The notes under the pieces: generated by a model
Seen by the model: only the letters and a program-made list of their open reading frames with translations
What the model was told of the DNA's origin: nothing
The model's database searches: none
Source of the DNA: Alloascoidea hylecoeti
Taxonomy: Eukaryota
Direction: 5' to 3'
DNA length: 64,000 bases
Assembly: GCA_001600815.1 (NCBI GenBank)
Contig: BCKZ01000011.1
Location: 351,622 to 415,621, forward strand
Program-made: the position numbers and the translations under genes
Part shown: positions 1 through 10,612 of the stretch, piece by piece
How the letters are laid out: each line of letters begins with the position of its first letter
How positions within the stretch are numbered: the stretch's first letter is position 1

Positions 1-1020
1 TAAACCATCATCATGATTTGGTGTATGATTTTTATCAAATATATCCATAAATGCAAATGGACCAAAATCAATACTAAGACCTAATATTGATACATTATCT
101 GTATTTAAAACTCCATTCATAAATCCATATACTTGCCACATAGCTGTTGTTTTTGCATTTCTTATAACAATTTCTCGATATAATCTTTGATATTTTGTTT
201 GGGTTCCAATGGCAGGAACAAGGTTATCTTCACCTCCAAATAATTCTTCAATACAATAATCAGATAATTTTCTTATCCCTGTTCTATCACCCCTCCATCT
301 ATATAAATCAAACGTTCCAATTCTTATCCAAGATGGTGCCATTCTAGAGACTATAGCACATGATTCAATCCGTTCTCTTCTTGCAAAAGTCTTCGGTAAT
401 GATGTTAAAGCAATTGCTCTAGTTGATGGAATACCTAAAGCATTCAAATGTTCGGATATAAGGAATTCCCGAATACTTGATCTCAAAACGGCTTTACCAT
501 CTGCAAATCTTGAATAAGGTGTTAAACCAGCACCTTTAATTTGAACTTCATATCTTTTACTAGAAATAGGATTTAAAGCTTCAAATAAACTAATAACTCT
601 TCCATCTCCTAATTGTCCAGCAAAATTACCAAATTGCCATCCAGCATAACATTGACTCCAAGGGTAAAGACCATTTGATTCATCCTCAATAATAACTTGT
701 CCACTTAAAACATCTTTGAAATAATCTGTATCAATCTCACTCAATTGTAATCCTAAATCTTCAACTGCTCTTTCACTAGCAACTAAAAACTCACGATCTT
801 TATACTCTGTTGGTTTTACCCATGTAAAAGATCCTCCCAATAATTGACGAGGTGTGTGTGTGAGGTTCTCCACATTTTCTTTAGCAGCAGCAATAGTTGG
901 AATTCTGACATCCGGAGGCATAAATTTCGTAAATGAAGAACTTTTTGGAATCTTAGATAAAGTAGTTAATGTTGAAATTTGCCGTACTGTCAATTTTTGA
1001 GACTTCAGTAAATTCATCAT
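1..1020 (-). CDS. FMP40: Selenoprotein O / YdiU family protein AMPylase (mitochondrial), 3' end runs off the window
   Basis: Manual minus-strand translation from ATG 1020 gives YAGWQFGNFAGQLGDGR, KGAGLTPYSRFADGKAVLRSSIRE and DFGPF motifs; absent from the ORF track because no stop lies in the window. Confidence 0.93.
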   Translation of the reverse strand, partial: MMNLLKSQKLTVRQISTLTTLSKIPKSSSFTKFMPPDVRIPTIAAAKENVENLTHTPRQLLGGSFTWVKPTEYKDREFLVASERAVEDLGLQLSEIDTDYFKDVLSGQVIIEDESNGLYPWSQCYAGWQFGNFAGQLGDGRVISLFEALNPISSKRYEVQIKGAGLTPYSRFADGKAVLRSSIREFLISEHLNALGIPSTRAIALTSLPKTFARRERIESCAIVSRMAPSWIRIGTFDLYRWRGDRTGIRKLSDYCIEELFGGEDNLVPAIGTQTKYQRLYREIVIRNAKTTAMWQVYGFMNGVLNTDNVSILGLSIDFGPFAFMDIFDKNHTPNHDDGL

Positions 1021-1194
1021 GAATAGTTTCAAAATAAGTTAATTAGAGATTACAAATATTTATACAGGCTGGAGTTGATCACGTGGGTATGTGTTTTGTT
1101 CAATATGCTTTTCTTTTGTGTTCTTCTTCTTCTTTCTTTTTATTTAATTGAAAACCCAATTAATATTTTATACTCAACTACAATATTTATAATC

Positions 1195-3246
1195 ATGTCC
1201 GATAATTCTGTGTTTTTAGCTGATAAAGACGCACCAGTTTGTTATCTTGATGTGAAAACCCATTTTAATGCCTTATCCCTTAAACAGAAATTCTATGCGC
1301 ATCATTTTTCAAGAGCTTCTCATTGGGGAACAAGAGTAATCTTAAGACAAGTTAGTTTTGAAAGTGAATCAATTTATGATATAATTATTTTAATTCATAA
1401 ATCAATTGAAGGAAATTATTCAAAATTAGATGATTTAATCGATAAAAAAGAAACTAAATTATATTTAGAATACGCGGCACAATTTTTATCAAATTTAGGA
1501 AACTTTAAATCGTTTGGTGATGTTAAATTTATTCCTGGAATTTCAATTGAAAATTTTGAAAAAATTGCTTCTATTGATGAAAAATCCAAGGAATTGTTTA
1601 ATAATGTTAAAGAGGCAATTTATTCAATTGAACCTGCTGCTTCTACTTTATTAGGTTATTCTGAATTAGGACACGTTACAAGTTATTATAAAGGATCAAT
1701 TACTAAAGATGAAATTGAAAAGATACATAAGGAATCTGTATCTCGTGGTATTTTACCTGAAAATACTAGGATTTTTAAAACTGAAGATGGCAAGTTTGAT
1801 TTATTGATTGCATCTGGAGATAAAACAAGTGATGCGTATCCAGATTCATCTTTTGAAGTTGAAACTGTTGGAACTGTTAATGTTGTCTATGGAGATTCTT
1901 ATAAAGAATTTACTCATATTGCTAATGAGCTTGAAAGTGCTATAAAGTATGCGGGAAATCCAATTCAAGTGAGAATGATAAGTGAATATGTCAAATCTTT
2001 TAAGACTGGTTCAATGGAAGCTCATAAAGAATCCCAACGTCAATGGGTAAAAGATATTGGTCCAGCAGTAGAAACAAATATTGGTTTTATTGAAACTTAT
2101 CGTGATCCTGCAGGAATTAGAGGTGAATGGGAAGGTTTAGTTGCAATGGTTAACAAAGAAAGAACTGAAAAGTTTGGTGAATTAGTTTCTAGCGCCAAAG
2201 ATTATATTTCTTTATTGCCATGGTCCAAACCTTTTGAAAAAGATGTTTTCACTCCTCCAGATTTTACATCTTTGGAAGTATTAACTTTTGCTGGATCTGG
2301 TATTCCAGCAGGTATTAATATTCCAAATTATGATGATGTTAGGTTAAATGTTGGTTTTAAAAATGTTTCATTAGGTAATGTTTTAGCTGCTAAACCACCA
2401 AATCAAAAGATTTCTTTTATTTCAGAAGATACTATTGAATTATATCGTAAATTACAAGGTCCTGCTTTTGAAGTTCAAGTTGGTATTCATGAATTACTTG
2501 GACATGGTACCGGTAAACTTCTTAGTGAATTAAAAGATGGTTCTTTTAACTTTGATATTAAAAATCCACCTATTAGTGATGTTACAGGAAAGCCAATTAC
2601 AACATATTATAAGAAAGGTCAAACATGGGGATCATTATTTGGTGCAATCGCTGGATCTTATGAAGAATGTCGTGCTGAATGTGTTGCTATGTATCTAGTT
2701 ACAAACTATGAATTGTTAAGTATTTTTGGTCATAAAACAAAAGAAGAAGCAGATAATATTATTAAAATTTCTTATTTACAAATGGCAAGAGCTGGTCTTG
2801 TTGGTTTAGAAAATTGGGATCCAAAATCTAATAAATGGGGTCAACCACATATGCAAGCAAGATTTTCAATTTTTAAACAATTTTTAAATGCAGGAGAAGA
2901 TTTTATTAAATTATCTTATACAAAGGATGATTATTCAGATTTAGTTATTAAAATCGATGAATCAAAAATTCAAACAGTTGGTAAAAAAGCTGTAGGTGAT
3001 TATTTACAAAAACTTCATATTTTTAAAACTAGTGGTGATTTTGAAAATGGTAAGAAATTATATGCTGAAACTACAGCAGTTACACCTGAATTAGCAAAGT
3101 TCAGAGATATAGTGATTAAGTCTAAATTGCCAAGAAGTCAATATGTTCAAGCAAATACCATCATTGAAGGAAGTACAATCTCCCTCCAGGAATACCAACC
3201 TTCAGCCATTGGGTTGATACAGAGTTTTGTTGACAGAAATGTTTAA
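1195..3246 (+). CDS. DPP3: Dipeptidyl peptidase III (peptidase M49)
   Basis: HELLGH zinc motif, EECRAE, ETNIGFIETYRDP; first ATG at 1195 (the track starts at an upstream TTG). Confidence 0.95.
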   Translation: MSDNSVFLADKDAPVCYLDVKTHFNALSLKQKFYAHHFSRASHWGTRVILRQVSFESESIYDIIILIHKSIEGNYSKLDDLIDKKETKLYLEYAAQFLSNLGNFKSFGDVKFIPGISIENFEKIASIDEKSKELFNNVKEAIYSIEPAASTLLGYSELGHVTSYYKGSITKDEIEKIHKESVSRGILPENTRIFKTEDGKFDLLIASGDKTSDAYPDSSFEVETVGTVNVVYGDSYKEFTHIANELESAIKYAGNPIQVRMISEYVKSFKTGSMEAHKESQRQWVKDIGPAVETNIGFIETYRDPAGIRGEWEGLVAMVNKERTEKFGELVSSAKDYISLLPWSKPFEKDVFTPPDFTSLEVLTFAGSGIPAGINIPNYDDVRLNVGFKNVSLGNVLAAKPPNQKISFISEDTIELYRKLQGPAFEVQVGIHELLGHGTGKLLSELKDGSFNFDIKNPPISDVTGKPITTYYKKGQTWGSLFGAIAGSYEECRAECVAMYLVTNYELLSIFGHKTKEEADNIIKISYLQMARAGLVGLENWDPKSNKWGQPHMQARFSIFKQFLNAGEDFIKLSYTKDDYSDLVIKIDESKIQTVGKKAVGDYLQKLHIFKTSGDFENGKKLYAETTAVTPELAKFRDIVIKSKLPRSQYVQANTIIEGSTISLQEYQPSAIGLIQSFVDRNV

Positions 3247-3856
3247 TTTTAAAAAAAGAAGTGTATATATTAAGCTATAGATTTGAATAGATATGCCTAA
3301 ATACTTTGTATGGAAGAAAAATAAAGCTAAGAATGTTGGAAGGATAGATAAACACATAATCAATAACTTATTCAAAAATGAAGAAATCTCTAGAAAGTCT
3401 CAATATCAATTGTATTACATGTATTTATAACTATAAAGGATGCCTCATTCATTTCCCAAAACTCTCATTATTCCATATGCATACTATGATACGTAATAAT
3501 TGATCAATAATATTGTTTTTATGTTTATACTTTTTCTATTATATGAAAAGTTCTTGAAATATTAACTGGAAATTCATTTTTGTCAATTACAACCTCTATA
3601 AATATACAGTATGCAGCTATAGCGCTTATAATAAAACATTTCTTCTTTTACCTTTGTTTTCCAATTGATCAAATATATTCCTACGAATTTCACTCTTATC
3701 AAGTCGCTATAAATTTAGCATAGTACTTCAGTTATTAAGTACAGTGAAGCTGTTATAACTGATATCTCATTGTTACTAATTTGTTTGATATCAATATCAT
3801 AAGCATCGAATTATTAACACAAAAAGGTCAACCGGAAGAAATAAAAAAATTACAAG

Positions 3857-4603
3857 ATGACACGAAAATCTCGAAATATAATTGAAGAAAAAGAAGAAGA
3901 AGAGGATGAAGATTTACAACCACTTGATGATTATCGTGATAATAGGTCGCAATCGAATATTCTGAATACGAACGCTTACTTGGGTCCATTTGCATTTGTT
4001 AGGCCAATATTACTCCAGTATCCTGTACTAGTCGAATTAACAAAATATTCAGAGCAATTGGACATTCTAACTTCAGAGGTATCAAAACTACAATATCTCG
4101 TTAAATTCAAATTTAAAGCTCTAGTTGAATCCCACATTAATATTTCAACACACTTAAAATTTCAATTGCAAGACGAAACCCAAACTCAGCTGGAGAGTTC
4201 AAAAAGGGAAGAAAGGGAATTACTTTTACCGAATATTGGGCAAGTGGTTACACCTTTTAGTTCTGAAGAAGAAACTGAAGAAGAAAATGAACAACTTACT
4301 CCCGTCAATACTGGAAAAGGAAAAGGTAAAGAAACAATAAGTAATCCAGCTTCACATGTCATAAACTTTAACACAATGAAGAAATCGGCTCCTGCTACAT
4401 GGTACGGTGTAACTCCTGATATGAATGACAAAATGTTCAAAGGAAGAATGACATCAAGCAAACAGTTAGCTTATAATTGTTGGTGGGAGAGGAATAATGG
4501 ATGTCAATATTGTGGTGCTAAATTTGGAACATTGATTTTGTGTAACGAACACAAAATGGTCTGCAGATCCGTGCTCACACACCTTTGGAAACCACAGTTT
4601 TAA
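3857..4603 (+). CDS. Orphan 248-aa protein with acidic N-terminus and C-terminal C2HC-type zinc finger
   Basis: Open ATG-to-stop frame; C-x2-C-x12-H-x3-C pattern (CQYCGAKFGTLILCNEHKMVC). Confidence 0.55.
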   Translation: MTRKSRNIIEEKEEEEDEDLQPLDDYRDNRSQSNILNTNAYLGPFAFVRPILLQYPVLVELTKYSEQLDILTSEVSKLQYLVKFKFKALVESHINISTHLKFQLQDETQTQLESSKREERELLLPNIGQVVTPFSSEEETEEENEQLTPVNTGKGKGKETISNPASHVINFNTMKKSAPATWYGVTPDMNDKMFKGRMTSSKQLAYNCWWERNNGCQYCGAKFGTLILCNEHKMVCRSVLTHLWKPQF

Positions 4604-5701
4604 ATTTATTTATATCACCGAACATTCTATAAGTGAATAAGCTAATAATCTTAACTAAATAAAAATATAATTAGTATTATATCATTATTATATCTACTTA
4701 TAAAATCAGTAAAATATGATTGTATTGCTTATATGGTNTATTAGTTCATATAATTATTGCTAAGAAAATTTAAAATAAAAAGGCGCCAAATTCATTGACA
4801 AATTAATATCTTAGAAATCACTATCATTATTACTTACTTCAATGGCTGTTAATAAAATAGCGAATAATGTAGAAATTTTGTCTTTAATTTGATTGTAATT
4901 GGAAATGCTAAAATTAACAGAAATAGTTAAGTCTTAAGTTATGCCTACAGATGTTACATATTTTCAGCCACAATATTGACAATTCTTTTTATAACAATAA
5001 TTAATAGATCTANNNNNNNNNNNNNNNNNNNNNNNNNNNNNNNNNNNNNNNNNNNNNNNNNNNNNNNNNNNNNNNNNNNNNNNNNNNNNNNNNNNNNNNN
5101 NNNNNNNNNNNNAATGACAAAATGTTCAAAGGAAGAATGACATCAAGCAAACAGTTAGCTTATAATTGTTGGTGGGAGAGGAATAATGGATGTCAATATT
5201 GTGGTGCTAAATTTGGAACATTGATTTTGTGTAACGAACACAAAATGGTCTGCAGATCCGTGCTCACACACCTTTGGAAACCACAGTTTTAAATTTATTT
5301 ATATCACCGAACATTCTATAAGTGAATAAGCTAATAATCTTAACTAAATAAAAATATAATTAGTATTATATCATTATTATATCTACTTATAAAATCAGTA
5401 AAATATGATTGTATTGCTTATATGGTCTATTAGTTCATATAATTATTGCTAAGAAAATTTAAAATAAAAAGGCGCCAAATTCATTGACAAATTAATATCT
5501 TAGAAATCACTATCATTATTACTTACTTCAATGGCTGTTAATAAAATAGCGAATAATGTAGAAATTTTGTCTTTAATTTGATTGTAATTGGAAATGCTAA
5601 AATTAACAGAAATAGTTAAGTCTTAAGTTATGCCTACAGATGTTACATATTTTCAGCCACAATATTGACAATTCTTTTTATAACAATAATTAATAGATCT
5701 A
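4424..5701. repeat. Direct duplication 4424-5012 = 5113-5701 across a 100-N scaffold gap (probable contig-end overlap)
   Basis: Identical 589-bp sequence directly on both sides of the N-run 5013-5112. Confidence 0.85.
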
Positions 5702-5818
5702 ATATTATATCTATATATCGGATCAGTAAATACGATTATATGATTCCAAATACTGTAGAAATTTGTCCCTAATTTGATTGTACGGATGATGAAGCAACTC
5801 TGCTTTTTTTAAGAATTT

Positions 5819-7110
5819 TGTTAAAGTTCAAAGTGCCTGTTCTCCCAGTTGCGCCAAAAAGCCAATCGACTCTTTAGTGAACTGTTCTAAGAGTGTAATA
5901 TATATCCAACACACCCCCCAACCTTAGGCAGGTCACTTTACTAATAATCGCCATATCTGCTCAGCACTAGTACTAGGAACTTCCATATTTATGTCTTCTT
6001 CTCTCTCTTTACTCCAAATCTTAACCTCTAATGACTTGATAAATTTACAATTAAAGATAAATCTTCTACTAGGAATGTAACCTATACAATTCTTAAGAGT
6101 TTTGATCGTCCAGTTTACACCTTCACATGCATACAATGTTGAACCCTCATTTGCTTGAAGTATTAAAGATGTATTTCTTGACCAATTAATTACCTTCAAT
6201 TTGCTTTCCTTAGACAGAGAGATAAATCCAAAAGCTATCAACATATTCTTCAAACTTCTGAATCTCTCAAGTTCTGATTTTCTCGGAACAGTGTTTGTTT
6301 TGTCCCATCGTGAAGTGAGATCATTAAGACTTAATTTAATGAAATTTATACAATCTGCATAATTTGAGTAAGTATAAAGATCAGGTCCAATCCTCTTAGC
6401 ATCTATAGATATATCTCCTTCAGAAAATACTTCTGCCTTAATTTCAAAGTTTAACTCTTCAGGTCCTGGCATTTCATCCATAACAAGAGGTTTGATCTCT
6501 GCAATGTTATTAACAAATTCTTCACTATTTGCTGTCATATTTCCTTTCTGTTTTTTTTTACTCAAATTATGCAGATTGTATAAATTTCATTAAATTAAGT
6601 CTTAATGATCTCACTTCACGATGGGACAAAACAAACACTGTTCCGAGAAAATCAGAACTTGAGAGATTCAGAAGTTTGAAGAATATGTTGATAGCTTTTG
6701 GATTTATCTCTCTGTCTAAGGAAAGCAAATTGAAGGTAATTAATTGGTCAAGAAATACATCTTTAATACTTCAAGCAAATGAGGGTTCAACATTGTATGC
6801 ATGTGAAGGTGTAAACTGGACGATCAAAACTCTTAAGAATTGTATAGGTTACATTCCTAGTAGAAGATTTATCTTTAATTGTAAATTTATCAAGTCATTA
6901 GAGGTTAAGATTTGGAGTAAAGAGAGAGAAGAAGACATAAATATGGAAGTTCCTAGTACTAGTGCTGAGCAGATATGGCGATTATTAGTAAAGTGACCTG
7001 CCTAAGGTTGGGGGGTGTGTTGGATATATATTACACTCTTAGAACAGTTCACTAAAGAGTCGATTGGCTTTTTGGCGCAACTGGGAGAACAGGCACTTTG
7101 AACTTTAACA
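5819..7110. repeat. Long inverted repeat: arms 5819-6371 and 6558-7110 (553 bp each), 186-bp loop
   Basis: Arms are reverse complements; both translate to the same peptide (YSNYADC...IWRLLVK) and share the 3' flank. Confidence 0.93.
5933..6538 (-). CDS. Orphan 201-aa intronless protein, possibly of viral origin; its 3' portion is duplicated in inverted orientation
   Basis: ATG at 6538 (MTANSEEF...), stop at 5933; no recognisable fungal domain. Confidence 0.55.
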   Translation of the reverse strand: MTANSEEFVNNIAEIKPLVMDEMPGPEELNFEIKAEVFSEGDISIDAKRIGPDLYTYSNYADCINFIKLSLNDLTSRWDKTNTVPRKSELERFRSLKNMLIAFGFISLSKESKLKVINWSRNTSLILQANEGSTLYACEGVNWTIKTLKNCIGYIPSRRFIFNCKFIKSLEVKIWSKEREEDINMEVPSTSAEQIWRLLVK

Positions 7111-8769
7111 TGGTAGCGCCGCTACCATGTTGAATAGAATTAGATGAAGATTCTTGTTCGCTCATTGTTAATTGATGTCCTCAGATTGTATAAACACGTT
7201 GTTCTTAAACTCTTGGAAATTAAATATTAATATACTTATTATATTATATTTTTACGATACTTTNTAAAATTGTGGGAATTCCTCCATATTTATTATGGAA
7301 TCCCCGAAAACTATTTAGTCTATAAATTTGTTCCACCATGTTCTTGCATATAATCAACAAATTTATTAACTAGTTCTCTATTAAAAAAAAACTGGATCTA
7401 GATAAAAGAAAAATAAATATTCTTTTAAAATGTTTCGCTGTGAAATTATTAACAATATAACAATAGTAATAATAATAATGATAATGATATTGTTTTTTTA
7501 ATTATATAAGTTATATTAATAATGATAATAATCTGTTAAAAAATGATAAATAAAAAGAAATTAATGATATTCTATTACACTATCAATCTTATATTTGTAA
7601 TGGTATCCTCAAAATAATAAAAATGATTATAAACAAAATTATTATGAAATGAAATCTTTATTAAATTTATTGAATAATTTAATACCTAATATCGATTATT
7701 TCATATTTTTAACTAATAATTCTTCATCAAATTTAAAATTACTATACAATACTAACTATCATTATGAATTTATTAGATTTTCTCCTTAATAATATATTAA
7801 TAAATCAATCAATAAATTTAAAAAAATTATTGTTAAAACAATTAATTCATTGGTTATTTACAATTATTGGGTCTGAAATTAATTTTGATTCTTTTCGATA
7901 ATAATATACTTGGAAACAGATGTAATTTACTCTGGCCTTTTATTTCCCTGACGAAATCTACATATCTTATAAGTTAAATGAGTTCTATATGTGTAGCAAC
8001 AACGGTTAATATTAACTTTCTATCACTACCATAATTAGTAATTAAAATTAATTTTGTCATCACATATAGATAGATGGAGCTCCTACATTTAAGGTAAATA
8101 TAAATATGCATATTAATATACAAAAGAAATAAGTATATAACTTTAATTACCATTGAAATAAGTATATAAGGATGTAAAGAAATAAAATTTTAATAAAAAC
8201 ATATATCAGGCTTAGAATATTAATATAATTAATAGCATTGTTTAGTGTGTAAAATTTTTTATTTTATTAAATTCTCTGACAATAATGGCGGGTTGCAAAT
8301 TTCAACCTCCATAAATATCAGGATGTAATTGCGCAAGAAGAAAAGGATGAGGAATTACAGTTACTTGATGATGAAGATGGTAATTCGCCGCCATCGCCTA
8401 AAATGGGAGATTCGGAAGCGGATTCAATGGATTCTTTTGTAGAAAATGTTTTAGATCTGTTGGTTTTGTTCGGGCGCATACTTTGTTTTTGGAGGCATAA
8501 TCAAGAAACTTTATTATAAAGAATGTGTGTTTTCTTTTCCTTCCACTATTTAAAGTGAGAATTATAGAGTATATAAGAAAAATTGGGTAATAATATTAAT
8601 CGCTCCATATATATGTAAATGTCGATCAATAACTAGAATAATTTAATATTCTAATACTCCTTCTAACAAGATCTCAGTATTACACTACGTGTGAAAGAGA
8701 GGAGACAAAAGAATATAAACGAACCTGTTGACATTAACCTAAAAAGTAATAATAATTTTTATTATACTA

Positions 8770-9468
8770 AAGGGGTAGATCTGATAGAGGATAATTCGTT
8801 TGACAAATCTACGGCTATAACCCAACAAAGAAAACATGACGGAAAGAAATGACCAATTCGAGTTAAGAAGAGAGAAAAATCGCCAACAATATCAAAAAAA
8901 AAAGAGATTGAATAGATATGAAAAGAAAAATAAAAAGGATGAAAATCGAATTCCAATTAAATCTTCAAGTCTGTTTGGCATTTCCACCCCAAAGATTTGT
9001 CAAGACGATAAACAAATCACAACCATAATTTCTTTCTCAATTTAAAACTAATTTGATTCCTCCTTAATTTCTCACGACCACGACCACGACCACGACCATA
9101 ACCATCATTTCCTTCTCAACCTGATATTAATCTGGCTCCTCCCTCACATCCATTTGATTTTTTACAACAAGCACCACAATCACCATTTCCTTTGGAACAT
9201 AATAGTAATTTGATTCCTCCTTCACACCCACTTCCTATTTCACCACACCCACTGCGACCATTTCCTTCTTAATTTCTTCGTACAACCCCACTAATTGAAT
9301 ATACAGGAGGTCTTTTTTCCATATAACCATTCAACCGTGGCAAACCAAGTTCTATACCAACTTGATGATCCACATCAATTGCCTGCAGCTGTGAATAATG
9401 AGCTTGTTAGATTGAAGGTTCAAGATCTAGAGCCGCCACCATCATCATCTAAGACGGATGGGGAATAG
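8770..9468 (+). pseudogene. Decayed coding sequence (basic/charged segment followed by Pro-rich repeats)
   Basis: Coding-like fragments LRREKNRQQYQKKKRL, PSFPSQPDINLAPPSHP, NQVLYQLDDPHQLP interrupted by stops/frameshifts; repeated AATTTGATTCCTCCTT. Confidence 0.3.
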
Positions 9469-9774
9469 GCCAAAACAAAATTAAGTATACCTGAATTGAA
9501 AGCGGCTATTTAATTAATATATCATATTTTTGAAGTTATATAGTTTATAAGTAAAAGAGAAAGAATATTCGAAGAATATAATACAAGCAATGCATATGCG
9601 TAAATTATTGCATACAGCAAAAGGACCCAGCTGCATATTTATTTCTAGCTTATCTTTTCATTGGTCATGGTACAAATACCCGTGGAATCACAACCCCATA
9701 TAAAAATAGATTATATAAATAGCTCTATCAAATATATCAATTTTATTAAAAATATACCTATATAATTATAATTA

Positions 9775-10455
9775 ATGGCAGCGTATACAGAAGCAGTTAT
9801 CAAAACAGCCAAAATCGAGGACGATGCTCATTTATTCGAACCAATTTATACCTTTAAAGATGATTATATAAAACAAGATATAACAAAGTTGAGATTTATT
9901 CAATCCTCTCCATATCCAGAGAAGGAACACAAATTGGATCTTGATAATCTCAGTGAAACACTAAAACTGGTAGCAATTGCACTTCAGGAGTTTTACCCAA
10001 TAACTAAAAAGTATATGTTTGAGGATTATGAAAGTTCATTTCCCTTCGAGAAGATTATGAAGAATTTAAGACTCTTGAGTACAAGCATTGACAAAGAATT
10101 TGAAGGTGTAGAACTCTATATTGTTGTATTTCGCTCCTCACTTAAACCAGAAATTAAAATATCACCCGATAATAGACAAAGACTAGCAGATATTGATAAA
10201 TTGTCACACAAAGAAGCAAATATATCTGGTGGACTACTGAAATATTGGTTTGGTACTCCTGAAGATTTGGAAGGAAGAAATTTAGCCACTTGTATTTGGA
10301 GAAGTAAAGAGGATGCGAAAATAGGTGGTGGTGGAGAATTTCATAGAAAAGCTATGAAAACTGTCGTTGGTTGGTACAAATTTTGGAAGATTGAGGAGAT
10401 TAGTTTTACTATATCAAAGGGTGCCAAAGACTACACATTGAAAAAATTGAATTAA
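9775..10455 (+). CDS. UPF0643-family fungal protein
   Basis: SHKEANISGGLLKYWFG and GRNLATCIWRS..DAKIGGGG..HRKAM motifs. Confidence 0.8.
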   Translation: MAAYTEAVIKTAKIEDDAHLFEPIYTFKDDYIKQDITKLRFIQSSPYPEKEHKLDLDNLSETLKLVAIALQEFYPITKKYMFEDYESSFPFEKIMKNLRLLSTSIDKEFEGVELYIVVFRSSLKPEIKISPDNRQRLADIDKLSHKEANISGGLLKYWFGTPEDLEGRNLATCIWRSKEDAKIGGGGEFHRKAMKTVVGWYKFWKIEEISFTISKGAKDYTLKKLN

Positions 10456-10612
10456 TTCTTGTAAATATCTGCCATTTATTCTTATACATATTTTACGATT
10501 CTTTAACTTTATTTTTGTGGCAGGGTAACCTGAGATATACGTTTTATTTACGTGGCGCATCGACAGATAAATGATAAAATCTAAATTTCAACCTTGAATT
10601 ATTGAAACATTG

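Noticed and set aside
4424..5701. Apparent tandem duplication of the zinc-finger ORF 3' end
   Set aside because: The copies abut a round 100-N gap and are identical, typical of unmerged contig overlap
6562..6567. ATTTGA upstream of the orphan ORF, matching the ATNTGA promoter of yeast cytoplasmic linear plasmids
   Set aside because: The hexamer lies inside the fold-back arm, copied from the ORF interior, so it is not original upstream sequence
6529..6996. 155-aa plus-strand ORF in the track
   Set aside because: It is the inverted arm of the 5933-6538 ORF, opened from a TTG, with no own ATG-led 5' end
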